Shown: positions 8,579-18,789 of the stretch, one piece after another
Layout: every line of letters starts with the position of its first letter
Position numbering within the stretch: the first letter of the stretch is position 1
Origin: Magnetococcales bacterium
GTDB lineage: Bacteria; Pseudomonadota; Magnetococcia; Magnetococcales; JADGAQ01
Reading direction: 5' to 3'
Assembly: GCA_015231925.1 (NCBI GenBank)
Contig: JADGAQ010000002.1
Span: forward strand, 4,791 to 68,790
DNA: 64,000 bases
Program-made: the position numbers and the translations under genes
Notes under the pieces: model-generated
Database searches by the model: none
The model's input: only the letters and a program-made list of their open reading frames with translations
Told to the model about the DNA's origin: nothing

Positions 8579-11194
8579 ATGACCTGGGGATATGCCATCG
8601 AAGAGGAACAGAAAAAGCTCCGTAGCGAGGGCTACCTCTCTGGTGAACCGATAGGACTGGCTCTTTCGGGCGGAGGCATTCGCAGTGCCACCTTCAACCT
8701 GGGCCTGATTCAGGCACTGGCCAAAAAGAGGGTACTCACCTCTTTTTCTTACCTCTCCACCGTTTCGGGCGGCGGCTATATCGGCTCCTGGTTGATGACC
8801 TGGGCCAAGCAGTCGCCCAAGGGCATGGAGACCGTTCAGACCGCGCTGTCTTCAGCCAATGCCGAATCTGGAACCGAAGCAAAACCCGTAGCTTGGCTGA
8901 GGACCTACAGCAACTACCTCACCCCACGCAAAGGTTTGTTGACCCTGGATACTCTGACCGGAATCACCTACCAGTTTCGCAACGTTTTCCTGTCAAGTCT
9001 GGTGTTGACTCTGTTCGTTTCAGGCGTTTTATCCATCCTGGCTGGACTGGTCAATGGCGTAAAATATCTTCCGACTTCGTCCTTCCAAATTATCTTCCTG
9101 TTTTTTGGCTCGGTAGCAGCCTTTCTTTTTGGCAGAGCCCTGGCCCGATTGATCGACGACAACACCAACTCCGATTCCATCTCAACAAAACCAACCGCTT
9201 TCGGAATGGTCTTGGCGATACTGGCGTTCGGCTTCTGTAAGGATTCGACCCCCCTCTCCCCTCTGCATTTCGGTTTATCCGTCGGCACGGTTTACTTCCT
9301 CGGCGTAAGTATCGGTTCTTGGATGTTCCTGTCCAGAAAGAGCCTATGGGATCACTTGTTTCTTCGCTCTCTTTTTGCCGGATTTCCCATTTTCGCCATC
9401 GCCGGTTTCCTCCTCCCCGTCCTCCTGCAGCAAGGATCCTGGAACTCCTCCTGGGAACTGGCGGGATTTGGGGTGCCACTCGCCTGCCTGCTGTTCGCCC
9501 TGGCGGCCTCCGTTCACCTCGGTGTGATTGGTCGCCTTCTGCCCGACGAGGCCTATTTCTGGATCAGCCGCCTCGCGGGACGGCTGCTGCAATACTCCCT
9601 GATCTGGAGCCTGCCCTTCCTGATATTTCTGCTTGTACTACCGCTGATCGACTGGACGGAACACTTTGCCCTCGCCGGCGGCACCAGTGTCGTCTACGCC
9701 TTTCTGGTCCGATGGCTGGCAGCGGGCTCCAGCACCGGCGGAGAAGGCGCCAAGGCTGGAAAAGGCTGGAAAAATCAGTTGATCGAAGGCCTTGTCGCCA
9801 CCGCTCCCTATCTGTTGATGCTGCTGCTGGTTGGTTTCATGGCCTTGGGGGTGCGTTACGGTTTTGTTGAAAGGTTCGCGGACACCAAAGCCTCCGCCAA
9901 CACGCCCCCCTCCTGCACCCCGTGCCAGGTGGTCGTGGTAAACACCGGCGCCCAACCCGACTGCCAGACACAAAAATGCCTCGTCAGCGAGGGAAAACAT
10001 TCCCCCTACTATGGTGAAATGTATCAGGAAAATCTTAAACTGCTGGAAAAAATTTCGCCCTGGTGGGGCATAGCCATCGGGTTGGTTTTGGCTGAAATAT
10101 CGCTATTATTGTCGCACCTGATAGATGCCAATCTTTTTTCGCTGCACGGCTTCTACCGCAACCGCTTGACCAACGCCTATCTTGGCGCCAGCAATCCGAA
10201 TCGTCGTCACCCGCCTTCCGAAACCGGCGTCGACCCTGGGGACTCCCCCAAACTGGCCGATTTGGTAGGCATCCGCCCCTATTTTCTGATCAACACCACC
10301 TTGAATCTGACGGGCCGGAAAAACGACCTGGCTTGGCAAAATCGTCAGGGAGCCGCCTTTCTCTTTTCCCCGCTCTATTGCGGTTTCAGCGCAGGCGTCA
10401 CCAATGCATACAAACCCACAAAGGACTACGGCAAGGACGCCTCTCTACCTCTCAAGCTCGACTTGGCCATGACCATCTCCGGAGCCGCCGCCAGCCCTCT
10501 GGAGGGATTTCATACCAAACCGGGTCTGTCGATGCTTCTGGCCCTCCTGGGCGCACGCCTGGGATGGTGGTTGACGAATCCGGCAAAAGATGAATGGAAT
10601 AAAACTCCACCAAAAGCCACCCTCCTGACAACTCTCTACAAGGAAATGACGGCTCAAGCCGATGCCTCTCAACCGCTAGTCAACCTGAGCGACGGCGGCC
10701 ACTTCGAGAATCTCGGCATTTACGAACTGGTGCGACGACGTTGTACCGTCATCCTGGCCAGCGATGCCGGAGCGGATCCTGACTACGTTTTCGACGACTT
10801 GGGCAACGCTATCCACAAGATTCGTACCGATTTCGGCGTCGAAATCGACATCGATCCACTGCCCATCCGGCCTGCCGCATCATCAAATTCCACTTCGGGA
10901 ACCGTAGTGGGCAGTGACGAAAATTTTGTGGAAGGAACAATCCGTTATAGTACAAGTCCCCTGCCCTGGTTCAAGAACCTGAAAGACGGGAAACTGATCT
11001 ATCTCAAGGCCTCGCTTCCGAGGCCGTTCGAGAAAAAGGCTGCCGATGTGCTGTACTACGCAGCCACCCATCCCTTGTTTCCGCAGGAACCCACCTCCGA
11101 CCAATGGTTCAGTGAGGAGCAGTTCGAGGCCTATCGGAAACTGGGAGAATTGCTTGGGGAGTCTCTCCCCGACAACATGTTCAGTCCCTCATAG
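8579..11194 (+). CDS. Membrane-embedded cPLA2/patatin-like phospholipase
   Basis: Oxyanion motif LSGGGIRSA and nucleophile motif YLSTVSGGGYIGSW at the N-terminus. The Asp-dyad motif LSDGGHFENLGIYELVRRRCTVILASDAG lies about 630 aa later. About 9-10 hydrophobic helices sit between them (aa ~130-430). Confidence 0.7.
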   Translation: MTWGYAIEEEQKKLRSEGYLSGEPIGLALSGGGIRSATFNLGLIQALAKKRVLTSFSYLSTVSGGGYIGSWLMTWAKQSPKGMETVQTALSSANAESGTEAKPVAWLRTYSNYLTPRKGLLTLDTLTGITYQFRNVFLSSLVLTLFVSGVLSILAGLVNGVKYLPTSSFQIIFLFFGSVAAFLFGRALARLIDDNTNSDSISTKPTAFGMVLAILAFGFCKDSTPLSPLHFGLSVGTVYFLGVSIGSWMFLSRKSLWDHLFLRSLFAGFPIFAIAGFLLPVLLQQGSWNSSWELAGFGVPLACLLFALAASVHLGVIGRLLPDEAYFWISRLAGRLLQYSLIWSLPFLIFLLVLPLIDWTEHFALAGGTSVVYAFLVRWLAAGSSTGGEGAKAGKGWKNQLIEGLVATAPYLLMLLLVGFMALGVRYGFVERFADTKASANTPPSCTPCQVVVVNTGAQPDCQTQKCLVSEGKHSPYYGEMYQENLKLLEKISPWWGIAIGLVLAEISLLLSHLIDANLFSLHGFYRNRLTNAYLGASNPNRRHPPSETGVDPGDSPKLADLVGIRPYFLINTTLNLTGRKNDLAWQNRQGAAFLFSPLYCGFSAGVTNAYKPTKDYGKDASLPLKLDLAMTISGAAASPLEGFHTKPGLSMLLALLGARLGWWLTNPAKDEWNKTPPKATLLTTLYKEMTAQADASQPLVNLSDGGHFENLGIYELVRRRCTVILASDAGADPDYVFDDLGNAIHKIRTDFGVEIDIDPLPIRPAASSNSTSGTVVGSDENFVEGTIRYSTSPLPWFKNLKDGKLIYLKASLPRPFEKKAADVLYYAATHPLFPQEPTSDQWFSEEQFEAYRKLGELLGESLPDNMFSPS

Positions 11195-11223
11195 CGCGGC
11201 ATAGCCGCAACCAAACTGCAATG

Positions 11224-11452
11224 GTAACTGTTCAGGATCCTGCACAGCGGGACATGACCGTATCAACAGCGAAAGAATAAGTCCCAGGGGTACCCCCTGG
11301 ACCCCGGGAGGTCATAACGTCAACGGCAAAAGGAAGAGTCCCAGGGCGCTGTCCTGGATCCGTCGGGGGGGATAATCCCCCCCGAACCCCCGTATATCTG
11401 AATAGTTACTTCCTTTTTGATATTTAAAGGATAACATATTGAAAGTTAAAGG
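11224..11452. repeat. Family-D MITE-like element fused to a partial TIR60 unit
   Basis: GTAACTGTTCAGG ... CCCCGTATATCTGAATAGTTAC followed by ttcctttttgatatttaaaggataacatattgaaagttaaagg. Confidence 0.7.
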
Positions 11453-11473
11453 ATTCTAATCTCTATCTCCGGA

Positions 11474-14308
11474 TCACGGCTTCACCAGCAGGGGCTGCAA
11501 ATACCGCCCCGTCCAAGACTCCGCACAAGCCACCACCTGCTCCGGCGGCCCCGCCACCAGAATACGCCCTCCGCCTTCGCCGCCTTCCGGTCCCAGGTCG
11601 ATGACCCAGTCACAGCTTTTGACCACATCCAGATTGTGTTCGATCACCACCACCGTATTGCCCGCCCCCACCAACTGCTGCAACACCTCCAGCAGCTTGC
11701 GGATGTCATCGAAGTGCAGTCCGGTGGTCGGTTCGTCCAGGATGTAAAAGGTGCGCCCCGTGGCCCGCTTGCTCAACTCCTTGGCAATCTTGACCCGCTG
11801 CGCCTCCCCGCCCGAAAGGGTGGTGGCCGCCTGACCCAGACGCATATACCCCAACCCCACCTCCATGAGGGTGGCCAGCTTGCCACGAATCGCCGGAACC
11901 GCCTGAAAGAAGGCCAACCCCTCCTCCACCGTCAGATCCAGCACCTCGGCAATGGAACGATCCCGATAGCGGATTTCCAGGGTTTCGCGATTGTAACGAC
12001 TGCCGTGGCACTGGTCGCACTGCACGAAAAGATCGGGCAGAAAATGCATTTCGATCTTGATCAGACCGTCGCCGGCACAGGCTTCGCAGCGCCCCCCCTT
12101 GACGTTGAAGCTGAAACGCCCCGGCTGGTATCCCCTGGCCCGCGCCTCCGGCACCCCGGCGAAGAGATCCCGAATCGGCGTGAACAAACCGGTATAGGTG
12201 GCGGGATTGGAACGCGGCGTGCGCCCGATGGGGGACTGGTCGATGTGGATGATCTTGTCCAGATGCTCCAGCCCGGAAAGGGATTCGAAACGCCCGCCGG
12301 GCAGTCGCGCGTTATTGAGACGCTGGGCCAGGGCCGGATAGAGGGTATCGAGAATCAGACTCGACTTGCCCGAACCGGAGACACCGGTAATGCAGGTGAA
12401 CAGCCCCAGGGGCACCGCCAGATCGACGCCGCGCAAATTGTGGGTGGTCACTTTGTCCAAACGCAGCCAGCGTTCGTCGCCCGGAGGCGAACGTCGCCCG
12501 CCGGGCGCGGCAATGGTGAGCTGCCCGCTGAGATAACGACCTGTCAGCGAGTCGGGATTGGCGGTGATCTCCGCAGGTGTTCCCGTGGCCACCACCCGAC
12601 CCCCGTGTTCACCCGGTCCGGGCCCCATATCCACCACGAAATCGGAGGTGCGCATGGCCTCTTCGTCGTGTTCCACCACCACCACGGTATTGCCCAGATC
12701 GCGCAGTCGCAGCAGAGTGGCCAACAGACGGGAGTTGTCCCGCTGGTGCAGCCCGATGCTGGGCTCGTCCAGAATGTAGAGTACCCCCGTCAGCCCGGAA
12801 CCGATCTGATTGGCCAGCCGGATGCGTTGTCCCTCCCCGCCCGAAAGGGTGCCGGCGGCCCGATCCAGCGACAGATAATCGAGTCCCACGGCGATGAGGA
12901 AATCGAGTCGCTCCCGCACCTCCTTGAGAATGCGTTCCGCCACCACCGTCTCCCGCGGGGTCAGGCTCAACTGGCCCATCATGGCTCGCGACTCCCGCAG
13001 GGAGAGGGCGGAGAGTTCGGCGATATTGAGACCGCCCACCCGCACCGCCAGGGCTTCGGGTCGCAGGCGGGCGCCGCCGCAGCGGGGACAGGGCGAGGTG
13101 TTGCGATAGGGTTGCAGCTCCTCGCGCACCTCGTCGGAATCGGTTTCCAGATAGCGTTTCTCCAGATGGGCGATCACCCCCTCCCAGAGGCGGAAGGAGC
13201 GAAAACGGCGTCGACCCCGTACATGAAAGCGCACCTTCTCGGACCCGCTGCCGAAGAGCATCAACTGGCGGTGTTCCTCGGGCAACTGGTTCCAGGGGGT
13301 ATGGATGTCGATGCCGAAGTGTTCGGCCACGGTATAGAGCATCTCCTGCCCGGCGCGGGCGGTGGGCTTGGCCCAGGGGGCCACGGCGCCGTCGCGGATG
13401 GTCAGCTCCGCGATGGGCACGATCAGCTCCGGGTCGAAGAACTCGCGTGCCCCCAGACCGTCGCAGGCGGGGCAGGCGCCGGCGGGATTGTTGAAGGAGA
13501 AGAGTCGGGGCTCGATCTCCGGGTAGGAGATGTTACAGTGGATGCAGGCATGGCGTTCCGAAAAGAGCTGCTGCCGGGGGGGGGTCTCATCGAGCAGGGA
13601 GACGGCGGCCAACCCCTCCCCCAGGCGCAACGCCGTCTCCAGGGAGTCGGCCAGACGGCTTTCCAGGCCGGAACGCACCACGATGCGGTCCACCACCACC
13701 TCGATGGTGTGGGCGGTATTGCGATCCAGGGGGGGCATCTGGTCGATTTCGTGTTGCACGCCGTCCACCACCACCCGGGTGAAGCCTTGTTGCTGCAGAT
13801 CGGCCAGCTCCTTGCGGTGTTCCCCTTTGCGGCCCCGCACCAGCGGCGCCAGCAACAGCAGGCGGGAGCGTTCCGGAAGCCCCAGGATGGCATCGACCAT
13901 CTGGCTGATGGTTTGGCATTCGATGGGACGTTGACAGCTGGGGCAGTGGGGTCGACCGGCGCGGGCGTAGAGCAGGCGCAGATAGTCGTGGATTTCGGTG
14001 ACGGTGCCCACGGTGGAGCGGGGATTGCGGCTGGTGCTTTTCTGCTCGATGGAGATGGAGGGCGAGAGGCCTTCGATGGAATCGACATCGGGTTTGCCCT
14101 GCAGACTGAGGAACTGCCGGGCGTAGGCGGAGAGGGATTCCACGTAGCGGCGCTGGCCCTCGGCGTAGAGGGTATCGAAGGCCAGGGAGCTTTTTCCGGA
14201 TCCGGAAACGCCGGTGATGACGGTCAGGGTGTGACGGGGAATCTCCAGATGGATATTCTGGAGATTGTGTTCCCGGGCGCCGCGGATGATGATGTGGGTA
14301 TTGGACAT
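11474..14308 (-). CDS. uvrA: Excinuclease ABC subunit A
   Basis: UvrA throughout: [33 protein letters not shown], two ABC signature/Walker sets and zinc-finger Cys pairs. ATG at 14308 is preferred over the 38-codon upstream extension. Confidence 0.95.
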   Translation of the reverse strand: MSNTHIIIRGAREHNLQNIHLEIPRHTLTVITGVSGSGKSSLAFDTLYAEGQRRYVESLSAYARQFLSLQGKPDVDSIEGLSPSISIEQKSTSRNPRSTVGTVTEIHDYLRLLYARAGRPHCPSCQRPIECQTISQMVDAILGLPERSRLLLLAPLVRGRKGEHRKELADLQQQGFTRVVVDGVQHEIDQMPPLDRNTAHTIEVVVDRIVVRSGLESRLADSLETALRLGEGLAAVSLLDETPPRQQLFSERHACIHCNISYPEIEPRLFSFNNPAGACPACDGLGAREFFDPELIVPIAELTIRDGAVAPWAKPTARAGQEMLYTVAEHFGIDIHTPWNQLPEEHRQLMLFGSGSEKVRFHVRGRRRFRSFRLWEGVIAHLEKRYLETDSDEVREELQPYRNTSPCPRCGGARLRPEALAVRVGGLNIAELSALSLRESRAMMGQLSLTPRETVVAERILKEVRERLDFLIAVGLDYLSLDRAAGTLSGGEGQRIRLANQIGSGLTGVLYILDEPSIGLHQRDNSRLLATLLRLRDLGNTVVVVEHDEEAMRTSDFVVDMGPGPGEHGGRVVATGTPAEITANPDSLTGRYLSGQLTIAAPGGRRSPPGDERWLRLDKVTTHNLRGVDLAVPLGLFTCITGVSGSGKSSLILDTLYPALAQRLNNARLPGGRFESLSGLEHLDKIIHIDQSPIGRTPRSNPATYTGLFTPIRDLFAGVPEARARGYQPGRFSFNVKGGRCEACAGDGLIKIEMHFLPDLFVQCDQCHGSRYNRETLEIRYRDRSIAEVLDLTVEEGLAFFQAVPAIRGKLATLMEVGLGYMRLGQAATTLSGGEAQRVKIAKELSKRATGRTFYILDEPTTGLHFDDIRKLLEVLQQLVGAGNTVVVIEHNLDVVKSCDWVIDLGPEGGEGGGRILVAGPPEQVVACAESWTGRYLQPLLVKP

Positions 14309-14357
14309 GCAATTCGAGGCCAGGCAGTAGGGCGGAAGAGGAAAGGTAGAGGGTAGC

Positions 14358-14990
14358 ATGGCTTTGTACATGGTGGAACTTGTCTTGAGGGACCGGCTGG
14401 TGTTGATTGCGGGGGGAGGCATGGTGGCGGCCCGAAAAGTGACGGGAATGTTGCCGTGCGGAGCGCGATTGAAGGTGGTGGCGCCTCAGGCGTGCCCCCA
14501 GGTGGAGGCGTTGGCCCGGGAGGGGCGATTGCAGTGGGTGGTGGACACATTCCGGGAGGGGCATTTGAAGGAGAAGCCGGCGTTGGTTTTCGCCGCCACG
14601 GGAGAGGGGGGGACCAATCGGGAGATTGCCCGTATTTGTGCCCGGCAGGGGGTGTGGTGCAATTCGGCGGATGATCCGGAGGTCTCGGGTTTTCTGGTAC
14701 CGGCGGTGGTGCGGCGGGGGGTGATCAGTGTCGGGGTGGGCACCTCCGGGAACAGTCCGGCGTTGGCGCGGGTGTTGAAGGAGCGGTTGGAGGGGTGGCT
14801 GGATCCGCAGTGGGGTGAGGTGGCGGTATTGTTCGGGCGGTTGAGGGAACGGGTCAAGGAGCGGATCAGGGATGGCGAGGTGCGCAGTCGTTTCTGGCGG
14901 GAGGCGGCGGTGGCGGTGGAGGGGGTGATGCGGGAAGGGAAGAATGTGGAGGACTGGTTGCGGCAGAAGATCGATGCGTTGAGGGAGTAA
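14358..14990 (+). CDS. Siroheme-branch precorrin-2 dehydrogenase/sirohydrochlorin ferrochelatase (SirC/Met8/CysG N-domain-like)
   Basis: 210 aa. Rossmann motif [13 protein letters not shown] and [23 protein letters not shown], typical of the CysG N-terminal domain. Confidence 0.75.
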   Translation: MALYMVELVLRDRLVLIAGGGMVAARKVTGMLPCGARLKVVAPQACPQVEALAREGRLQWVVDTFREGHLKEKPALVFAATGEGGTNREIARICARQGVWCNSADDPEVSGFLVPAVVRRGVISVGVGTSGNSPALARVLKERLEGWLDPQWGEVAVLFGRLRERVKERIRDGEVRSRFWREAAVAVEGVMREGKNVEDWLRQKIDALRE

Positions 14991-15455
14991 ACGGGGGTCC
15001 GGGGGGGCGAGCCCCCTCGGTGGGGTTTGGGGCGAAGCCCCAAGGTGTGGCCGTCGACGTGGCCGTAAGCGGTCCGCAGACAATCGGTCGTGGCTGCCAA
15101 GCTGTTCCCCAGGCGATCCAAACGGAATCCCGCGGACCGCCGGGGGGGCAAGGGGGGGCCTCATCCCCCCATCCTTGAACCCGACACCCGGCGAAAAGCC
15201 GGTACAGTCCCCAAAAGGCCTGACGGCTGAAGTTGGTTTTGCATCATGCCGTTCGTCCCGGATGGCGAGTCCGCAACGGATGGGGGGATGAGGCCCCCCC
15301 TTGCCCCCCCGCGGTCCGCTGCGAAACAGTCAGCCGGTGCGGGTGAACGGCTTTTGCGCTTATATCGGGGGCAGCGGACCGCTTACGGCCACGTCAACAC
15401 CTTGGGGCTTCGCCCCAAACCCCACCGGGGGGGATAATCCCCCCCGGACCCCCGT
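14991..15455. repeat. Nested palindromic element, copy A
   Basis: Outer arms of about 95 bp (ACGGGGGTCCGGGGGGG...GGCCGTAAGCGGTCCGC vs GCGGACCGCTTACGGCC...CCCCCCCGGACCCCCGT). Inner inverted repeat GGGGGGCAAGGGGGGGCCTCATCCCCCC / GGGGGGATGAGGCCCCCCCTTGCCCCCC. It fills the convergent intergenic space almost exactly, from stop codon to stop codon. Confidence 0.85.
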
Positions 15456-15460
15456 TATAA

Positions 15461-16207
15461 TCAGTGCTGCATATGTTCGCTGTGATCGACCACCCCATCC
15501 TCCATCGAATGGTGGTGCGCCCCGCCCGGCCAGGCCATACCCGCCAGCCCGAGCAGAATCAGCAGGATCGCCACCAACCGCCGCCAGCGCGGCTGCTGGG
15601 CGCGGCTCAACAACCACCCGGCCAGCAGACCCGTGGTCACCGTGGCCGGCAAGGTGCCCAAGCCGAACGCCGCCATGGCCATCGCCCCCCGCAAGGGGGC
15701 GCCGCTCGCCGCCGCCATGAGCAGCGCGGCATAAACCAGGAAACAGGGCAGCCAACCCCACACCAAACCCGCACCCCAGGCCCGAAGCGGTGAATCGACC
15801 GGCATGAAACGCCGCCAAAGGGGTTGCAAGGCGCGCCACAACCCTGCACCCAACCGTTCCAGCCCGGCAAGCGCCGGAAGCCACCCGGCCAGTTGCAATC
15901 CGGCCCCCACCAGAATCAGCCCGGCCAGAAACTGCAACACCCGATGGCCCACCGCCATCTCTTCCGGCAGCAAGGTCAAACCCTGACCCAGCCAACCGGC
16001 CAGAAATCCGCCCAGAGTATAACTGGTGATCCGCCCCAGATTGATCAGCAGAACGAACAGCAGCAGCCGGCGGCGATCCTGCCGCACCGCCGGAGGCAGG
16101 CTCATGGAGACCGCACCCAGAATGCCGCCGCACATGCCGACACAATGGAACAGACTGGCCAGACCCAGGAGAAAGGCCGGAATGAAGGAAAAACCGGTAA
16201 CGTCCAT
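15461..16207 (-). CDS. DsbD_2/TauE-like membrane protein with HCxGMCGG motif and His-rich tail
   Basis: Polytopic membrane protein with SLFHCVGMCGGILG and the C-terminal tail GGAHHHSMEDGVVDHSEHMQH. ATG 16207 (MDVTGFSFIPAF) is preferred over the track start at 16351. Confidence 0.65.
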   Translation of the reverse strand: MDVTGFSFIPAFLLGLASLFHCVGMCGGILGAVSMSLPPAVRQDRRRLLLFVLLINLGRITSYTLGGFLAGWLGQGLTLLPEEMAVGHRVLQFLAGLILVGAGLQLAGWLPALAGLERLGAGLWRALQPLWRRFMPVDSPLRAWGAGLVWGWLPCFLVYAALLMAAASGAPLRGAMAMAAFGLGTLPATVTTGLLAGWLLSRAQQPRWRRLVAILLILLGLAGMAWPGGAHHHSMEDGVVDHSEHMQH

Positions 16208-16328
16208 CAAGCGCAACACGATCAAGAGGCAAGGAGAATGGAAAAGGGCATCATGGCGGCATTGACGCGGCTGGTCAATGGGACCATGCTTTGCCGAGGA
16301 ATGACCCGCAAGCGATGAGATAGGATCC

Positions 16329-18440
16329 ATGGACCCGAAAGACATGCACAAGGCCCTGGCCCACTTGCGTCAGGGAGCGGCGGCGGAAGCTCTGGCGGAG
16401 TTTCGCAAGCTGCTGCAACTCCACCCCCATCCGGCGGAACTGCTCTATCACGCCGGGGTGGCGGCCCATCAGGCCGGAGAGGCGCGGGAAGCGCTGCACT
16501 ACCTGGAAAAGGCGGCGCACAAAGCCCCGGAAGTGGCGGAAATCCAGTTCAGCCTGGCCACGGTGCTTTTCGACCTGGGCCGGGAGACGGACGCGGAAGA
16601 GGCCTATCGACGCGCCATCCACGGCAATCCCAAACTGGAACGCGCCCATTTCCGCCTGGGCGAACTGACCCTGCAACGCGGCAACGCCATCGAGGCGATC
16701 CGCCACTTCAAAGCCTCCCTGCAACTGGCTCCGGGACGGGTGGAAACCCTGTTCGGACTGGGCACCGCCCTGGTGGCCGAAGGCCGCTTCACCGGGGCGC
16801 TTCCCGTGGTGCGGGAAGGCATCGCCCTGGGCGACGGCCGCTTTTTGAATCTGCTGGCCCAACTGCTGCCCTGGATCGATCCACCCCGGGAAGAGAACGC
16901 CGCCCTGCAGAAAGAGGTGCTGATTCTGCTGGAACGGCGTCTGACAGACGCTCAACTTCTGATGCCGGTGGTGCTGGAACTGTTGCGTCAGGACCGGCAA
17001 CTGGCGGCTCTGCTGGCTCTGGGCGACGTGACATCGGTGCTGGAGGACAACTCCCTGGAGACGTGGTGGCGGGAAGCCCTGCGGGGGGAACGGGAAGAGG
17101 CCGCCCTGGAACATCCCCTGCTGCGGGCCATCCTGCCGAGAGGACTGCTGGCGGCGGGAGACTGGGAACGGGCCCTGACCAACCTGCGCGCCCTCTGGCT
17201 GGCGGAAATGCGGCATCGGGATGACGACTGGCGTTGCCCGCCGGCGCTGCAACCCCTGCTGCTGGCCCTGGCCCTGCACTGTTTCCATGGGGGGTACGCC
17301 TGGTTCGAAACGGAACAGGAACGGCAGTGGATCGGCGAGGAGCAGGATCGACTGGTGCGCAACGGTCCCGCCTATCCGGCGGAACGCTGGGTGATGCTGG
17401 CCTGCTACCGGGTGTTTCACCGCATTCCGGGTCTGGTGGACGCTTTGCCGGACCATCCGGTTCCGTTGCTCAAGGAGTTGTTGCGTCATACGGTGATGGA
17501 GCCATTGGAAGAAGAGCAGGAGATGCCGCACATCCCTTTGGCCACCAGCCAGATGCCGGGACTCACCTGCGCGGTGCGGGAGCGTTACGACGATCTGGCC
17601 CATCCCCGCTGGCTGCCGCGTTTTCCGCTGCTGCCTTCCGCCATGCCCGGTCTGGAAGCCTGGCTGGCCCAATGCTGTCCCCGGGTGCCCCTGGCCGATT
17701 GGCGTCCCGTCAATCCCCTGCAGGTATTGGTGGCCGGTTGCGGCAGCGGCGAAGAGACCATCCGGCTGGCGGCGCGTCTGCCGTCGGCCCGACTGCTGGC
17801 CGTGGACGACAACTGCTCCGCATTGGCCTACGCCCGCCGGGCCGCCCGTCTTCTGGGGGTGGAAAACGTGCGTTTCGCCCAGGCGGATCTCTCCCGGCTG
17901 GGGGAGTGGCAGGAGAACTTTCACCTGATCGTGGGAGGTGAAAAGCTCCTGTCGGGAACCGACGCCAGCGTTCTGTGGCGCAGTCTGGTGGAGCTGCTGG
18001 CTCCGGGGGGCATCCTGCGGCTGACGATGGAGAGCGAACGGGGTCTCAAGGAGCGTCATCGCCTGCGGGAGTGGATCGCCAAACACGGCGATCTGCCGAC
18101 GGCGGCGGGATTGCGTCAATTGCGGCGCACCCTGCTGGATCAACCCGGTCTCTGGCCCGGATTGCGTCATTCGCCGGAGTTTTACAGCCTGCCGGGCTGC
18201 CGGGAGCTGTTATTTTCGGAAAGTGGCCGGGGTTTTCGCCTGCCCACCATCGCCGCCATGTCCATCGAACTGGGCCTGACGGTACTGGGCCTGGAACTGG
18301 AAGACCCCCGCCTCATGCCCCGCTACCGGGGACGTTTTCTGGAGGACGAAACCGGCACCGATCTGCTGCTGTGGGACCGCTTCGAGGAGGAGACCCCTCT
18401 GGGCAGCCACTATCGCATCTGGTTCCAGGAAGGGAATTGA
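16329..18440 (+). CDS. TPR-repeat protein with C-terminal class I SAM-dependent methyltransferase domain
   Basis: N-terminal TPR-like repeats (AEEAYRRAIHGNPKLERAHFRLG...). The SAM motif VLVAGCGSGEETIRLA...LLAVDDN lies near aa 480. Confidence 0.65.
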   Translation: MDPKDMHKALAHLRQGAAAEALAEFRKLLQLHPHPAELLYHAGVAAHQAGEAREALHYLEKAAHKAPEVAEIQFSLATVLFDLGRETDAEEAYRRAIHGNPKLERAHFRLGELTLQRGNAIEAIRHFKASLQLAPGRVETLFGLGTALVAEGRFTGALPVVREGIALGDGRFLNLLAQLLPWIDPPREENAALQKEVLILLERRLTDAQLLMPVVLELLRQDRQLAALLALGDVTSVLEDNSLETWWREALRGEREEAALEHPLLRAILPRGLLAAGDWERALTNLRALWLAEMRHRDDDWRCPPALQPLLLALALHCFHGGYAWFETEQERQWIGEEQDRLVRNGPAYPAERWVMLACYRVFHRIPGLVDALPDHPVPLLKELLRHTVMEPLEEEQEMPHIPLATSQMPGLTCAVRERYDDLAHPRWLPRFPLLPSAMPGLEAWLAQCCPRVPLADWRPVNPLQVLVAGCGSGEETIRLAARLPSARLLAVDDNCSALAYARRAARLLGVENVRFAQADLSRLGEWQENFHLIVGGEKLLSGTDASVLWRSLVELLAPGGILRLTMESERGLKERHRLREWIAKHGDLPTAAGLRQLRRTLLDQPGLWPGLRHSPEFYSLPGCRELLFSESGRGFRLPTIAAMSIELGLTVLGLELEDPRLMPRYRGRFLEDETGTDLLLWDRFEEETPLGSHYRIWFQEGN

Positions 18441-18789
18441 GGTTTCGGGAAGATAACCGTTCCGCTTGACGAAGGTTTGGGGGGATTATCCCCCTTGACA
18501 TAGGGTGTTGTTTGCCGGTGTTTATGATATATATTATTTTTGATTCCGCATCAATCGCCTTGTTGCGGGATAACTCTTTCGGTCAAAGATTATGCCATCA
18601 TTTTGAGTCACATTATTTATCAGCAGGATCAAGAGCCGCCTGTTCTTTCATCCGGCGCCGTATTTCAATTGAAATGGCTGTTTTGATGGTATACAACGCC
18701 TTATCAGGAGCCTGCGGCGCGGGTTCCGGCGGCTGAACAGAATAATTATCCAATCGATTTCGTTCCTCCCACTATTGGGAAGGAGTGCC

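Noticed and set aside
8579-11194. The patatin-like lipase as the missing cyclic-nucleotide-activated effector of the type III system.
   Set aside because: I can recognise no CARF/SAVED or other nucleotide-sensor domain in it. It is 7.6 kb from cas10 with uvrA and three unrelated genes between them, and its base composition suggests a separate acquisition.
15246-15720. ORFs inside the nested palindromes and MITE-like repeats: 15246..15437, 15301..15720, 47694..48374, 47718..48278, 47998..48507, 54671..55021, 54969..55238, 55073..55540, 30410..30896, 35997..36392 and 7442..7706.
   Set aside because: They share peptides (GGDNPPRTPV, MRPPLAPPRSAA, SRAAPWD) only because they read through copies of the same repeat in either orientation. 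They have no RBS or coding signature and their boundaries follow the repeats.
16329-18440. The TPR-SAM-methyltransferase as a type III accessory gene, for example linked to SAM-derived Cas10 signalling.
   Set aside because: Only proximity supports this (a 350-bp gap on the same strand). A G6-ATTAT-C5 hairpin separates it from cas10. TPR-methyltransferases are common housekeeping-type proteins, and nothing in the sequence links it to nucleotide signalling.
18441-18789. ORF 18512..18736 (74 aa) and possible small genes or promoters in the 350-bp gap upstream of cas10.
   Set aside because: The ORF has no RBS, is AT-rich with odd composition, and shows no recognisable motif. Only weak promoter-like hexamers (TTGTTT-18-TATTAT near 18508-18537) are present, so I make no confident call.
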